This document shows, one piece after another, positions 27,917 through 37,279 of a DNA stretch of 64,000 bases. Position numbers and translations under genes: made by a program. The notes beneath the pieces were generated by a model. The model did no database searches, had not been told where the DNA came from, and saw only the letters and a program-made list of their open reading frames with translations. Where the stretch lies: assembly GCA_042217165.1 (NCBI GenBank), contig JBDGTD010000009.1, forward strand, positions 4,077 through 68,076, in the 5' to 3' direction. Source of the DNA: Haloferacaceae archaeon. GTDB lineage: Archaea; Halobacteriota; Halobacteria; Halobacteriales; Haloferacaceae. How positions within the stretch are numbered: the stretch's first letter is position 1; each line of letters begins with the position of its first letter.

Positions 27917-29350
27917 ATGTCTGGGGGGGCGCCGCCGCTCTACCGGCTCGTCGCGGATCGGTCGGGACAGTCGAACCCGCTGGCGGTCGTCCTCCTCCTC
28001 GGCATCACGCTCACCGGAACGGGCGTGGTCGTCACCTTCGGCGCGACCGCGGTCGGCGAGACGCAGGCTTCTGCCGACCTCGGGCAGGCCGAGCAGGCGA
28101 TGACGCAGTTCGACTCGCAGGCGAGTCTGGTCGCGCACGGCGCAGCGGACACCCAGCGCGCGCGCATCGGGACGGACGGGGAGGGGAGCGTCAGTCTCGA
28201 CGAGAACGCCGGGCGGATGAAAGTCGAGATAGTCAACGAGAGCACGGGCGCCGTCGAGACAGTAGTAATGAACGCCACGCTGGGTGCCGTCGTCTACGAG
28301 CGATCGGGCACCACGATTGCCTACCAGGGCGGCGGGGTGTGGCGCGCCGGCAGGGGCGGGAGTACGATGGTCTCACCGCCGGAGTTCGACTACCGCGGCG
28401 GGACGCTCACGCTCCCGCTCGTCCTCGTCAGGGGACAGGCGGCCTCGGGCGGGAAGGTGGTCCTCCGCCAACGCTCGCCCTCGACGGGGCTGTTCCCCAT
28501 CGGCGGGAACGCGAGTCGGTCGAACCCCCTCGACGACGGGAGCGTGAACGTGACGGTGACGAGCGAGTACTACCAGGCGTGGGGGCGGTACTTCGCCCAG
28601 CGCACCGCCGGTAACGTCACCTACGACCACCCGAACAACAGGGTCGAGATCGAACTCGTCGTCCCGTTCGAGGAGGAGTTCGACAACGTCGTTGCGACCA
28701 CCCAGCAGGACGGGATCACGAGCAACGGCAACGATCCAATTCCGGACCCGCACGCGACGGGTGTCAACTACCCCTCTGCCGACACCCGGATCGAGAACAA
28801 GATCGACTACTGCGAGCAGGCGTCCGACCCGTGTGAAGACTTCACCGGTAGCATAAGCAGCGGCGGGACGTACTACGAGGATAACAAGATCAACAGCGGC
28901 TTCGACGTCGATACGACCGACAACGTCACGATCGTCGTCGACGGAAAGGCCACGCTCAAAGAGATCGACCTCGAGAACAGCGGCAACGTCACGCTGTACG
29001 TCAAGGGGGACGTCTCGATCAAGGGTGACGTCAACGCGGACATGGACTCCGGAAACGCCGAACAGTTCCGGACGCTCGTCCACTCGGACGGCAGTGTCTC
29101 CAACAACGGGAACTCGCTCTACGTCGGGCTCATCTACGCCCCCGGTTCAGAGGTGGACTTCAACGGCGGCGGCGGCAGCGGCACCAATATAAAAGGCGCC
29201 GTCGTTGCCGAGACGATGGACATCAACGGCAATCCGAACGACTTCCAGTACGACGAGGGCGTCGAGAACGTGGACCTCGGGTTCGGGACGAACGCCCCGA
29301 AAATTCTCTACCTCCACGTCTCGACGACCGAAGTCGAGGTCGACGACTAG
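27917..29350 (+). CDS. large class III signal-peptide (type IV pilin-like) protein with N/D/G-rich C-terminal region
   Basis: N-terminus MSGGAPPLYRLVADRSGQSNPLAVVLLLGITLTGTGVVVTF (charged residues, G-Q, then a hydrophobic helix). 477 aa with many N-x-S/T sequons. C-terminal segment ...NVTLYVKGDVSIKGDVNADMDSGN...LYVGLIYAPGSEVDFNGGGGSGTNIKGAVVAETMDINGN. Confidence 0.8.
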   Translation: MSGGAPPLYRLVADRSGQSNPLAVVLLLGITLTGTGVVVTFGATAVGETQASADLGQAEQAMTQFDSQASLVAHGAADTQRARIGTDGEGSVSLDENAGRMKVEIVNESTGAVETVVMNATLGAVVYERSGTTIAYQGGGVWRAGRGGSTMVSPPEFDYRGGTLTLPLVLVRGQAASGGKVVLRQRSPSTGLFPIGGNASRSNPLDDGSVNVTVTSEYYQAWGRYFAQRTAGNVTYDHPNNRVEIELVVPFEEEFDNVVATTQQDGITSNGNDPIPDPHATGVNYPSADTRIENKIDYCEQASDPCEDFTGSISSGGTYYEDNKINSGFDVDTTDNVTIVVDGKATLKEIDLENSGNVTLYVKGDVSIKGDVNADMDSGNAEQFRTLVHSDGSVSNNGNSLYVGLIYAPGSEVDFNGGGGSGTNIKGAVVAETMDINGNPNDFQYDEGVENVDLGFGTNAPKILYLHVSTTEVEVDD

Positions 29351-30096
29351 AGGTCGAACTCGACGCTCGTCGTCGTCACCTGGATCACCACGCCGTCGGT
29401 CGTGGTCTCGTACTCGACCTTGTCGTCGGAGGCGTCGGGGTCGACGGCGGTGAACCCGCGACGCTCGAGGAATCGCCCCCACGCCGCGGCGCGCGGTGAC
29501 TCGACTGTCACCGATATCTCCGTGGACGTGCCCGAGGCGAGGGACCGACTCGTGGTGCCCCGGCTGTCCGCCTGTGTGCGGACGAGCACGGTCGTCTGTC
29601 CGCCGACGCTCGTCTGTCCCTCGCCTGCTTGGGCGGTCACCAGCGTGATGAGTGACCGCCTCTCGTCGACCACCCACCCGGGCTCCCCGACCATCGCGGC
29701 GTTCTCGCCGTTCTGCCGGAACGTCGCCCCGTAGGCGTAGACGACCTGCCGGTCGGCCTTCTCGTAGACGACCGGTCGGCTGCTCCTCGATACCGTCACC
29801 GTGTCAGAGGCGTTCGACGCGTTCGTCGCCGTGACCGTGATGTCGACCGAATCGCCGAGGCGGAGCCCGCCCCCCGCGAGGTCGATCTCGGTCGCGCGCG
29901 TCGGCGCGCCGCGCCGGGCGAGGTCTCTGTTGTTGTCGTCCAGGATCTCGAACGCCCGCTCGACGTTGTTCAACTGCTCTGCCGTCCGGGCGTCCTGGAG
30001 CGCGCCGAATCCGGCCACGTAGACGATCCCCGTCGAGGCGACGATGAGCGAGAACACGAGGACGAACCCGATCACCTCGCTCTGTGCGCGGGTCAC
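29347..30096 (-). CDS. class III signal-peptide (pilin-like) protein, operon gene 7
   Basis: GTG at complement of 30094-30096, a 4-nt overlap with the upstream stop. VTRAQSEVIGFVLVFSLIVASTGIVYVAGF...; 249 aa. Confidence 0.75.
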   Translation of the reverse strand: MTRAQSEVIGFVLVFSLIVASTGIVYVAGFGALQDARTAEQLNNVERAFEILDDNNRDLARRGAPTRATEIDLAGGGLRLGDSVDITVTATNASNASDTVTVSRSSRPVVYEKADRQVVYAYGATFRQNGENAAMVGEPGWVVDERRSLITLVTAQAGEGQTSVGGQTTVLVRTQADSRGTTSRSLASGTSTEISVTVESPRAAAWGRFLERRGFTAVDPDASDDKVEYETTTDGVVIQVTTTSVEFDL

Positions 30097-30536
30097 GCCG
30101 ACCGAACCTCCAGTTCGTCCGCCGGCGTCAGCACGATCCGGAGGTCGCCCCCGCGCACTGTCGCGTCGACGACGGGCTCCGCCGCGAACGACACCGTCAC
30201 CGTGGTCTGTGAGCCGCCGAGCGTCAGGACGATCTCCTCGGCACCCCCGTCGATCGTGACGCTGTACCCCCGCTCGGAGATCCGTTCCGGGAGCCGGACC
30301 GTCACGACCGTCGCCTCCGGGTCGGTCTCCGCGAGCCGGTCTGCGGCCATCAGGTTCGCCGCGATTCGCTCGCCGATCACGTTCAGCGCGTTCCGGCCCG
30401 TCTGGTCCCGCCGGTCGTCGACGACGCCGGTGACGGCGACGAGCAGTCCGCTGATCAGGATCGCGGTGATCGCGAGCGTGAGCACGTAACTGACCGTCGT
30501 CGAGACGCCACGGTCGCGGGCGGTCGGCCCGCGCAC
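30093..30536 (-). CDS. class III signal-peptide (pilin-like) protein, operon gene 6
   Basis: GTG at complement of 30534-30536. VRGPTARDRGVSTTVSYVLTLAITAILISGLLVAVTG...; 147 aa. Confidence 0.75.
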   Translation of the reverse strand: MRGPTARDRGVSTTVSYVLTLAITAILISGLLVAVTGVVDDRRDQTGRNALNVIGERIAANLMAADRLAETDPEATVVTVRLPERISERGYSVTIDGGAEEIVLTLGGSQTTVTVSFAAEPVVDATVRGGDLRIVLTPADELEVRSA

Positions 30537-30538
30537 GG

Positions 30539-31480
30539 TCAGGCACCCCCCTTCTGGACCGTGACGTTCGCCCGGTACGCGAGCGTCGGCGAGCGGTAGA
30601 CCACGTCGGTCGTGACGCTGTAGACGACCGGAACCCGGTACGGCGAGGTCGTCGGTCCGGGGCCGTTGACGTTCCCGACGTTCGACGTGTTCACCGTCAG
30701 CCGGTAGGTTCCGGTCGAGCGGTTGCCGTACTGGTACGAGACGTCGTACGGCGCGGACGTCCCTCTGGCGAAGTCGATGGCCGGGCACGCGGTGCCGTTG
30801 ACCGTCCCCGCGGTCAGGTTGACCCGGGGGTCCTGCGTGTACAGCCCGCTACAGACGTTCGTGTTCACTGGCCCGGTGCCGTTTTTCACCGCGATCCGCT
30901 CGCCGCCGCCGTCGTTGTAGGCGTAGAGGCTCCACCGGTTACCGCCGCTTCCGTCGACGTTCACTCCGAACGCGTCCGACTGTGGGGTCGCGGTCGTCGT
31001 CAACCCGCCCGTCACGTTCACCTCGAACTCGCGCACCCCGTCCGCGCTCGTCGCGAGCGTCCAGTTGGCGGCCCCCGACGCGCTCGTGAACTCCCTCGTC
31101 GGGTCGGTCTGCCTGAGCCGCGTCCCGTCGTGGAAGGTCGTGTTCGAGAGTTCGGCGACGGCGCCGCTCCGGCGGTAGCGACCCGCCGTCAGCGCGACGA
31201 ACCGGTCGGTCCGGTTCGAGACGTTCCCTTCGAGCGTCGACCGGCTCGCGTACGTCCGGTCGTTCTCGGCCGCGACGACCCGCCAGAGGTTCTCCTCGAC
31301 GGTGTTCCGGAAGGCGATCGCCTCGCTCGCGCCCGTGTCGGTGTCCCGCGTCGCGAGGTTCTCCATGTAGATGGAGGTGTTCAGGAGGACGACCAGCGCG
31401 ACGATGGCGACGGCGATGGCGAGCGCGGCCACGAGCAGAAGCTGTCCCCGGTCGCGGTCGCCGTGGCTCAGATCCGCCAT
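30539..31480 (-). CDS. class III signal-peptide (pilin-like) protein, sequon-rich, operon gene 5
   Basis: MADLSHGDRDRGQLLLVAALAIAVAIVALVVLLNTS...; 313 aa with 12 N-x-S/T sequons by my count. Confidence 0.8.
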   Translation of the reverse strand: MADLSHGDRDRGQLLLVAALAIAVAIVALVVLLNTSIYMENLATRDTDTGASEAIAFRNTVEENLWRVVAAENDRTYASRSTLEGNVSNRTDRFVALTAGRYRRSGAVAELSNTTFHDGTRLRQTDPTREFTSASGAANWTLATSADGVREFEVNVTGGLTTTATPQSDAFGVNVDGSGGNRWSLYAYNDGGGERIAVKNGTGPVNTNVCSGLYTQDPRVNLTAGTVNGTACPAIDFARGTSAPYDVSYQYGNRSTGTYRLTVNTSNVGNVNGPGPTTSPYRVPVVYSVTTDVVYRSPTLAYRANVTVQKGGA

Positions 31481-32073
31481 ACGGTCACTCGCACCTCCAC
31501 GACGTTGAACAGCGGTCCCTCCGGCTCCGCATCCGGCGCGTAGAACGTGCCGTTGCCGGCGGGACCGGGCGCAGAGACGGTCCCGCCCGTCGTCAGCGTG
31601 GTGTCGTCGTACAGCACGACGCTCCGGGTCGCGACCGTCGCGTCGTCGCTCGGCGTCCCCATGTTCACCATCGTCTGGCTCCCCAGCGTGCCGTCGGTCC
31701 CCCGGTAGCGGAGGACGACGTTGAACGCCGTCTGCTGGTCGCCGAACGACTCGTTGAGCGCCCGGCCGAACGCGTTCGGCGGCCCGGCGTTCGAGAACGC
31801 GTCCTCGTTCGGGCTCACCCCGACGAACCGTCCGTCGGTGGTGTTCGTCGTTGCGTTCCAGTCCACGACCGCCTCGGTCAGCGTGCCGTTCGCCTCCGCG
31901 GCCCGCATCAGCCCGTCCGCGAGGGCGCGCTCCTGGTTCCCGACGTGCTGGTTCGACGTGCTGGCCGAGAGGGGCGTCACCGCGGTGGCCTGGAGCGCGA
32001 AGACGACGCCGCTCAACACGAGGAGCGCGGCGACGAACGCTTCGAGCGTGTACGCCTGTCCACGGTCCCTCAC
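31468..32073 (-). CDS. class III signal-peptide (pilin-like) protein, operon gene 4
   Basis: MRDRGQAYTLEAFVAALLVLSGVVFALQ...; 201 aa; overlaps the next gene by 13 nt. Confidence 0.8.
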   Translation of the reverse strand: MRDRGQAYTLEAFVAALLVLSGVVFALQATAVTPLSASTSNQHVGNQERALADGLMRAAEANGTLTEAVVDWNATTNTTDGRFVGVSPNEDAFSNAGPPNAFGRALNESFGDQQTAFNVVLRYRGTDGTLGSQTMVNMGTPSDDATVATRSVVLYDDTTLTTGGTVSAPGPAGNGTFYAPDAEPEGPLFNVVEVRVTVWRI

Positions 32074-32074
32074 G

Positions 32075-32596
32075 CTACCACACCCTCACGTAGAGCCGGC
32101 TCTGTTCGCCCCCGAGCAGGACGGCGCGTCGTGCCACGACCGCGTCCGAGACGGTGGTCGGCTCCTCTCCGGCGGCGAGTCTCGTCCCGGCGATCGTCCG
32201 GATACCGGACTCGTCCTGGATGGTCACGTTCACCTGAGTGGCGTCGTCGACGCCGACGACCGATCGTAAGTCGTCCGGGTCGTCCGCGTCGTCCGGATAC
32301 CGGCAGCCGGTCACGGACCCGTCGTCGGCGCCGTCGAAGAACGTCTCTGTACAGCTCTCGTCCAAGGCCCCGGGCGAGGTCGAACCGACGGCGAGCACGT
32401 CGTGTGCGAGCCGGTCGGCGACGCGGTCCGCAGTCACGGCGCTGTTCCCGGTGTCCGTGGTGAACGGGCCGAATATCGTCGGGATGAACGCGACGGTGAA
32501 GAGGACGACCGTCAGGAAGATACTGACGCCGACGGTGAAGTCGAGGGTGGTCTGTCCCCGGTTCGGCCGCGTGGCTCGCGCCTCGCCGCCGGTCAC
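32075..32596 (-). CDS. class III signal-peptide (pilin-like) protein, operon gene 3
   Basis: GTG at complement of 32594-32596, a GTGA overlap with the pilC stop. VTGGEARATRPNRGQTTLDFTVGVSIFLTVVLFTVAFIP...; 173 aa. Confidence 0.75.
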   Translation of the reverse strand: MTGGEARATRPNRGQTTLDFTVGVSIFLTVVLFTVAFIPTIFGPFTTDTGNSAVTADRVADRLAHDVLAVGSTSPGALDESCTETFFDGADDGSVTGCRYPDDADDPDDLRSVVGVDDATQVNVTIQDESGIRTIAGTRLAAGEEPTTVSDAVVARRAVLLGGEQSRLYVRVW

Positions 32597-34644
32597 CCCA
32601 CCACCACCCACGTCACGAGTGCGATACTCTGGAGGATGACGACGAACTTCACCCCGGACATCACGTTCGCGGTCCGGATGTAGCCGCTGATGAGCCCCGA
32701 CAGCACCGCCTGGATGGTGACGGCGTGGAAAAAGAGCAGGGAGAGCTGGCTCGAGTCGATGTTCGCGCCGAAGCTCGCCCCGCCGCTCGCGGCCGCCGAC
32801 GACGCAGACCCGCCGCCACCCGACGCCTGCTCGGTCAGCCCGGCCATCACGTCGAGGAACTGCGTCTTGAGGATGGCCATCACGCCCAGGAGCGTCAGGT
32901 AGGTCATCAGGATGATCGCGACCTGCATCCGCGTCCGGGACTTGCGCTCGCGCTCGATGTCGTCCTGGTTCTCGGAGGCCTGTGCGGCCGTCGAGAGAAC
33001 GTCGGTGATCTGGCTCGACGCCTCCTGGGCCTTCGAGATGAGCTTCACCGTCCGGGCCATCCGCGGGATGTGGTACGTGTTGTTGAACTCGACCATCGCC
33101 TCCTTGAGGCTCATCCCGTAGTTGACCTTGGCGTACATCGTCTCGAACTCGTCGGCCAGCCTCCCGGAGGAGGTCTCGGAGACGGTCCGCAGGGACTCGA
33201 GCAGCGTCTGGCCCGTGTCGTTCGCACTGGAGAGCTTCCGGAGGTTCTCCGAGAGCTTCGTGATCACCGCGCGCCGCGAGCGAACGTTCCACTCGTAGAA
33301 GAACGCGAGCGGGAGGAGGACAACGTACGACGGGAGGTAGTAGAGGAAGAACGTCGAGACGACCGGTGCGCTCTTCATCCCACCCCACGACACCGGCGCA
33401 ATCCCGGTGGCGACCGTGCCGGCGAGCAGCGCGAGCGCGAGCGGCACGGCCGGGATGAGCCACCACAGCGGGTGGTCCCGGAGGAACAGGTGCGGGGCCG
33501 CCGCGATCTCTCGCAGCAGGTTGCCCCGCTCTTTGCTCTTGATCTTGTTGAAGACGCCGTGGCGCCCGGTGTACTGGTTGATCAGCCCGAGGTTGAGGAC
33601 GCCGCTTTCGGCCGTCGACTCGATCCGGTCGGTCGCGTCGTCGGGCATCAGGTAGCCGTCGCCCGGCTCGTCCTGCTTGACCGTCGAGACGAGAACCAGA
33701 AATCCCACGCCCGTGAGCGGGATGAGCGCGTACACCGTCCCGAGCAGGAGAACGGACTTGCCGTTGCCCAGCATGCTCATGATGACGAGAATGATGATGA
33801 GCAAGAGCGGGAACAGCGAGAGCGTCATGTACATCTCGCCGAACAGCTCCAGGGTCTCCAGGGTCATCTCCTGTTGCTGTTTCGCCGTCCGCATGTGCTT
33901 CTGTTTCTTGTCGTCCAGGAACGCCTCCATGTCACCGCCGCTGTTGACGATAGAGAGCATGTCCGTCAGGAACTGCGAGAGCTCCTCGCTCGGCGTCTCA
34001 GCCGCCTGGTCCCTGATGGCGTTGCGGTAGTCGGTCCCGAAGTACTCCGTCTCCTGTGTGATGGACTGGAACTCCTTTGCCACCTCGCCGTAGGTGTCCT
34101 CGGCCTGTGCCATCGCCTCGATTATCTCGAGCTGGTTCAGGCCACCCACAGAGAGGGCGTACATGAACGACACCGAATCCGAGAGCAGCATGTTGATCTC
34201 GCGCTTGCGCGCCGACGCCCGGGAGTAGGGAATCGCGACGAGCGACCCGAATCCCGCCCCGAATCCGACCGTGCCGAGGACGACGCCGACGAACAGAATC
34301 GCCGCCGGCACCCGGAGCGCCTCGAGCAACGCGATCAGTCGGTCGTTCTGGAGCGCCAGGTTCGTACTGATGACATCCGGCGAGAGAACGCCGAACGCGA
34401 ACAGCGACCACCCGAGGACGATCCCGACGGCAGCCAGCACGCCGCCCGCGATAGACCCGTACGCGAGCGAGCGGGCGAGGTAGAGTTCGACGTTGTCGGC
34501 CATCCGGGCCTGTGCGAGCTTGGTCGACAGGTCGTCGACGAAGTCGCCGTCCTCGTTGAACACCCACCGGTAGACCGGGAGAAAGAGATCTTCGAGGACA
34601 TCCCCTTCGAGGCCAGCGTCGTCACTGCCGGCTTCGAGGCTCAC
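32593..34644 (-). CDS. pilC: type II secretion system F-family polytopic membrane protein (archaeal PilC/TadC/FlaJ-like)
   Basis: 683 aa; alternating cytoplasmic helical domains and hydrophobic helices in two repeats. Translationally coupled to the ATPase by a 4-nt overlap. Confidence 0.85.
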   Translation of the reverse strand: MSLEAGSDDAGLEGDVLEDLFLPVYRWVFNEDGDFVDDLSTKLAQARMADNVELYLARSLAYGSIAGGVLAAVGIVLGWSLFAFGVLSPDVISTNLALQNDRLIALLEALRVPAAILFVGVVLGTVGFGAGFGSLVAIPYSRASARKREINMLLSDSVSFMYALSVGGLNQLEIIEAMAQAEDTYGEVAKEFQSITQETEYFGTDYRNAIRDQAAETPSEELSQFLTDMLSIVNSGGDMEAFLDDKKQKHMRTAKQQQEMTLETLELFGEMYMTLSLFPLLLIIILVIMSMLGNGKSVLLLGTVYALIPLTGVGFLVLVSTVKQDEPGDGYLMPDDATDRIESTAESGVLNLGLINQYTGRHGVFNKIKSKERGNLLREIAAAPHLFLRDHPLWWLIPAVPLALALLAGTVATGIAPVSWGGMKSAPVVSTFFLYYLPSYVVLLPLAFFYEWNVRSRRAVITKLSENLRKLSSANDTGQTLLESLRTVSETSSGRLADEFETMYAKVNYGMSLKEAMVEFNNTYHIPRMARTVKLISKAQEASSQITDVLSTAAQASENQDDIERERKSRTRMQVAIILMTYLTLLGVMAILKTQFLDVMAGLTEQASGGGGSASSAAASGGASFGANIDSSQLSLLFFHAVTIQAVLSGLISGYIRTANVMSGVKFVVILQSIALVTWVVVG

Positions 34645-37256
34645 TCGCCGCCCTCCTCGTCGGAGACGTCACCGAAGCCCCACCCGTCGAGTTCGTCTTC
34701 GTCCTCGGCCTCGGCCTCGTCGGACGACGCGTCCTCGTCCGCCTGTTGGCTCGGGGTCTCCAGCGTGAACTCGGGGGTTTCCGTCGCCCCGTTTGCCGTC
34801 GTCTCCTCCGTCTCCCCGGCCGACGCCTCGACAGAGTCGGCCTCGTCGGGGTCGACCCCGACGGCGCCGGCCTCGTCGACGTCGGAGAGCGCGCTCGCGA
34901 CGCCCCCGAGGTGTCGGCCTTCGTACTCGGGGAACAGCTCTTCGTTCGCGCGCTCGAGGATCTCCCGGGCCTCCCCGCGGCCCTCGGCGTCGGGCTCCGG
35001 TCGCGGCACCATGTTCTCGCGCTCCGGGTCGATGTCGATCAGAACCGACTCCATCTCGCGGAGGTCCTCGAGGCTCGTCTCCAGCCGGTCGTTCGCCATC
35101 AGCGCGATGATCGAGTCCTGGTCGTTGATGAACGCCTGGAACGTCGCCGCGACCTGTGTGTACGTGTTCAGGTCGTTCTCGATGAGGTAGGCGAGGACGA
35201 CCCGGCGCTTGAACAGTTCGTCGTCGAGCCGCTGCTGGCTCCAGCCGCGGTCGAACTTGATCTGTTCGAGCGTGTTCGACTCGCCCATCTTCAGGAACTC
35301 GTCGGTCTCGGCCTGCCACTGGAAGACGTCCTGGACGTTGATCTCGTCGTTCTCGGCGTCGTAGTGGTTGATCTCCGTGAGCGACTTGTTCCGGCGGACC
35401 TTCTGGCCCTGGACCCGGGTGGAGGTCTGGATCGAGACGAGGTTGAGCGCCGTGAACATCGTCTTCGAGACGTTGATCGGGTCCGTGGTGAACCGCTTCA
35501 GCACCTCGCCTACCGTGTCGGCGTGGAAGGTGGTGTAGGTCGTGTGGCCCGTGGACATGACCTGGAAGAGGGTGCGACCCTCCTCGCCACGGATCTCGCC
35601 CATCACGATGTAGTCGGGCCGCTGACGCAGGGCGGCCTCCAGCAGGTCGAACTCGTCGACGTCCCCCTTGTCGTCGTCGGAGAATGAAGGCCGGGTGACC
35701 GACGCGATCCAGTTGCGCTGGGGCAGTTCGACCTCGCGGGTGTCCTCGATCGAGACGATCTTGGAGTTCGATGGAATAAACAGGGAGACGGCGTTCAGCG
35801 ACGTCGTCTTTCCCGACGCCGTGCCGCCCGCGAAGATGAGCGACTTGTTGTTCTCGATGCAGAGCCACAGGAACGCCATCTCCCCCAGGGAGAACGTCTT
35901 CCAGTTGATCAGGTCGACCGGGGTGAAAGGGACGTCCTTGAACTGCCGGATGGTGTAGTTCGTCCCGTGGTCGGACACCTCGCGCCCGAGTGTCAACTGC
36001 GCGCGCGAGCCGTCCGGAAGGGTGGCGTCGACCTGCGGCTGGCGCTTGCTGATCCCCTTTCCGGAGCGCTGTGCGAGTTTCACGACGAAGTCGTCGAGTT
36101 CCGCCTTGCCGTGGTAGACGTTGGTGATGATCTGCTCGTAGTCGGAGTGATAGACGAAGACGGGCGAGTCGTAGCCGTCACACGAGATGTCCTCGACGTT
36201 GATGTCGTGTTTGATCCCGTCGATCTTCTCGAACCCGATGAAATCCCGCTTCAGGTGGTACAGCATCTTCTCGACCTGGTACTCCGTCAGGGTCTGCGGG
36301 TCGTTGTCGAGGACCGCGGGTTCGGGGCGGACCGACTGCCCCGAGAAGTCCTTCGACCGGTCGCGGGCCGCGCCGGTCGCGGGGTCGTCGGCGTCGTAGA
36401 GCACGTCGTCCTCGCCGTAGCGCTCGGGACTGCCGTTCTCGGGGGCCTCGACCGCGTCGGTCGTCGACCCGTTGGTCGCCTCGTTCGCCCCGTCGCCGAA
36501 CAGGTCCTCGTAGGCCCCGCCGGTTCCGTCGTCGGCCGACCCGGAGGAGAACAGCCCCGAGAGGAACCCGCCGCCGGAGCCGTCGTCGGCCGACGGCTCC
36601 GTGTCGACGCTCCCGACCCGGTCGGTGGACGCGGTGTAGATATCGTACCGGTTCATGAGGCCGAGCGCCTCGCGTTCGATGACGTCCCGTCGGTCGTCCC
36701 GGCTGTCGCCGACGATACCCTCCTCGGAGTATTTGATCGAGGTGCGGAGTTTCCCCTCGAGGAACTCCCGGAGGTCGGCCTCTATCTCGTTTTCGTAGGG
36801 TTCGATCAGGTAGTACTTCTTCTCGTTCTCCTTGCGCGAGTGGAAGATGACGACGAAGGCGTACGGCTCGTTGACCCAGTACCGCTCCTCTTCTGTGAAG
36901 TGGTGCTTTTTGACGTTCGGCACGGCCTTTTCGAGGTCGTACCGGGTGACGACCGTACTCGCGCCGGACTCGTCGGTAAAGAAGCGGTCCTCGTCGAGAT
37001 CCTCGCGCACGTCGACGGTCCGCTCGTCGACGAGAGTCGAGAGCGACTCCGCGGCGCGTTCGCCCGCGTCCAGCCGGTCTCCGAGTCGGGTCGGGTCGAA
37101 TCCGAGCGCCTCGGCGCGGCTCGCTTCGAACTCCGCGTCGAACTCCGCCCAGGTGTACCGGTCACCGGAAGTGACCGCCCCCTCGTCTGCCTCGCTGTCC
37201 CCCCCATCGCCGTCCAGCCCTACGTCTGTCGGGCTGTCGGCGTCCTCGATAGCCAT
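34641..37256 (-). CDS. pilB: type II/IV secretion system ATPase (archaeal PilB/FlaI/VirB11 superfamily) with long acidic low-complexity insert and tail
   Basis: Walker A FAGGTASGKTTSLNA, Asp box SIEDTREV, Walker B-like PDYIVMGEIRGEEG, His box TGHTTYTTFHA; 871 aa. Confidence 0.9.
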   Translation of the reverse strand: MAIEDADSPTDVGLDGDGGDSEADEGAVTSGDRYTWAEFDAEFEASRAEALGFDPTRLGDRLDAGERAAESLSTLVDERTVDVREDLDEDRFFTDESGASTVVTRYDLEKAVPNVKKHHFTEEERYWVNEPYAFVVIFHSRKENEKKYYLIEPYENEIEADLREFLEGKLRTSIKYSEEGIVGDSRDDRRDVIEREALGLMNRYDIYTASTDRVGSVDTEPSADDGSGGGFLSGLFSSGSADDGTGGAYEDLFGDGANEATNGSTTDAVEAPENGSPERYGEDDVLYDADDPATGAARDRSKDFSGQSVRPEPAVLDNDPQTLTEYQVEKMLYHLKRDFIGFEKIDGIKHDINVEDISCDGYDSPVFVYHSDYEQIITNVYHGKAELDDFVVKLAQRSGKGISKRQPQVDATLPDGSRAQLTLGREVSDHGTNYTIRQFKDVPFTPVDLINWKTFSLGEMAFLWLCIENNKSLIFAGGTASGKTTSLNAVSLFIPSNSKIVSIEDTREVELPQRNWIASVTRPSFSDDDKGDVDEFDLLEAALRQRPDYIVMGEIRGEEGRTLFQVMSTGHTTYTTFHADTVGEVLKRFTTDPINVSKTMFTALNLVSIQTSTRVQGQKVRRNKSLTEINHYDAENDEINVQDVFQWQAETDEFLKMGESNTLEQIKFDRGWSQQRLDDELFKRRVVLAYLIENDLNTYTQVAATFQAFINDQDSIIALMANDRLETSLEDLREMESVLIDIDPERENMVPRPEPDAEGRGEAREILERANEELFPEYEGRHLGGVASALSDVDEAGAVGVDPDEADSVEASAGETEETTANGATETPEFTLETPSQQADEDASSDEAEAEDEDELDGWGFGDVSDEEGGE

Positions 37257-37279
37257 TACAGCCAGATATCATATCGGAG

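Noticed and set aside
28650-29340. The lower-GC patch could be a horizontally acquired or mobile insertion.
   Set aside because: The reading frame is continuous with the pilin-like N-terminus. There are no flanking repeats or mobility genes, and the composition shift is explained by the Asn/Lys/Ile/Asp-rich amino-acid content of that domain.
34641-37256. The ATPase and membrane protein could be an archaellum (FlaI/FlaJ) motor.
   Set aside because: No archaellin genes and no flaC/D/E/F/G/H-like genes are adjacent. The downstream genes are pilin-like proteins of diverse size and not FlaB-type archaellins. A pilus/Tad-like assignment fits better.
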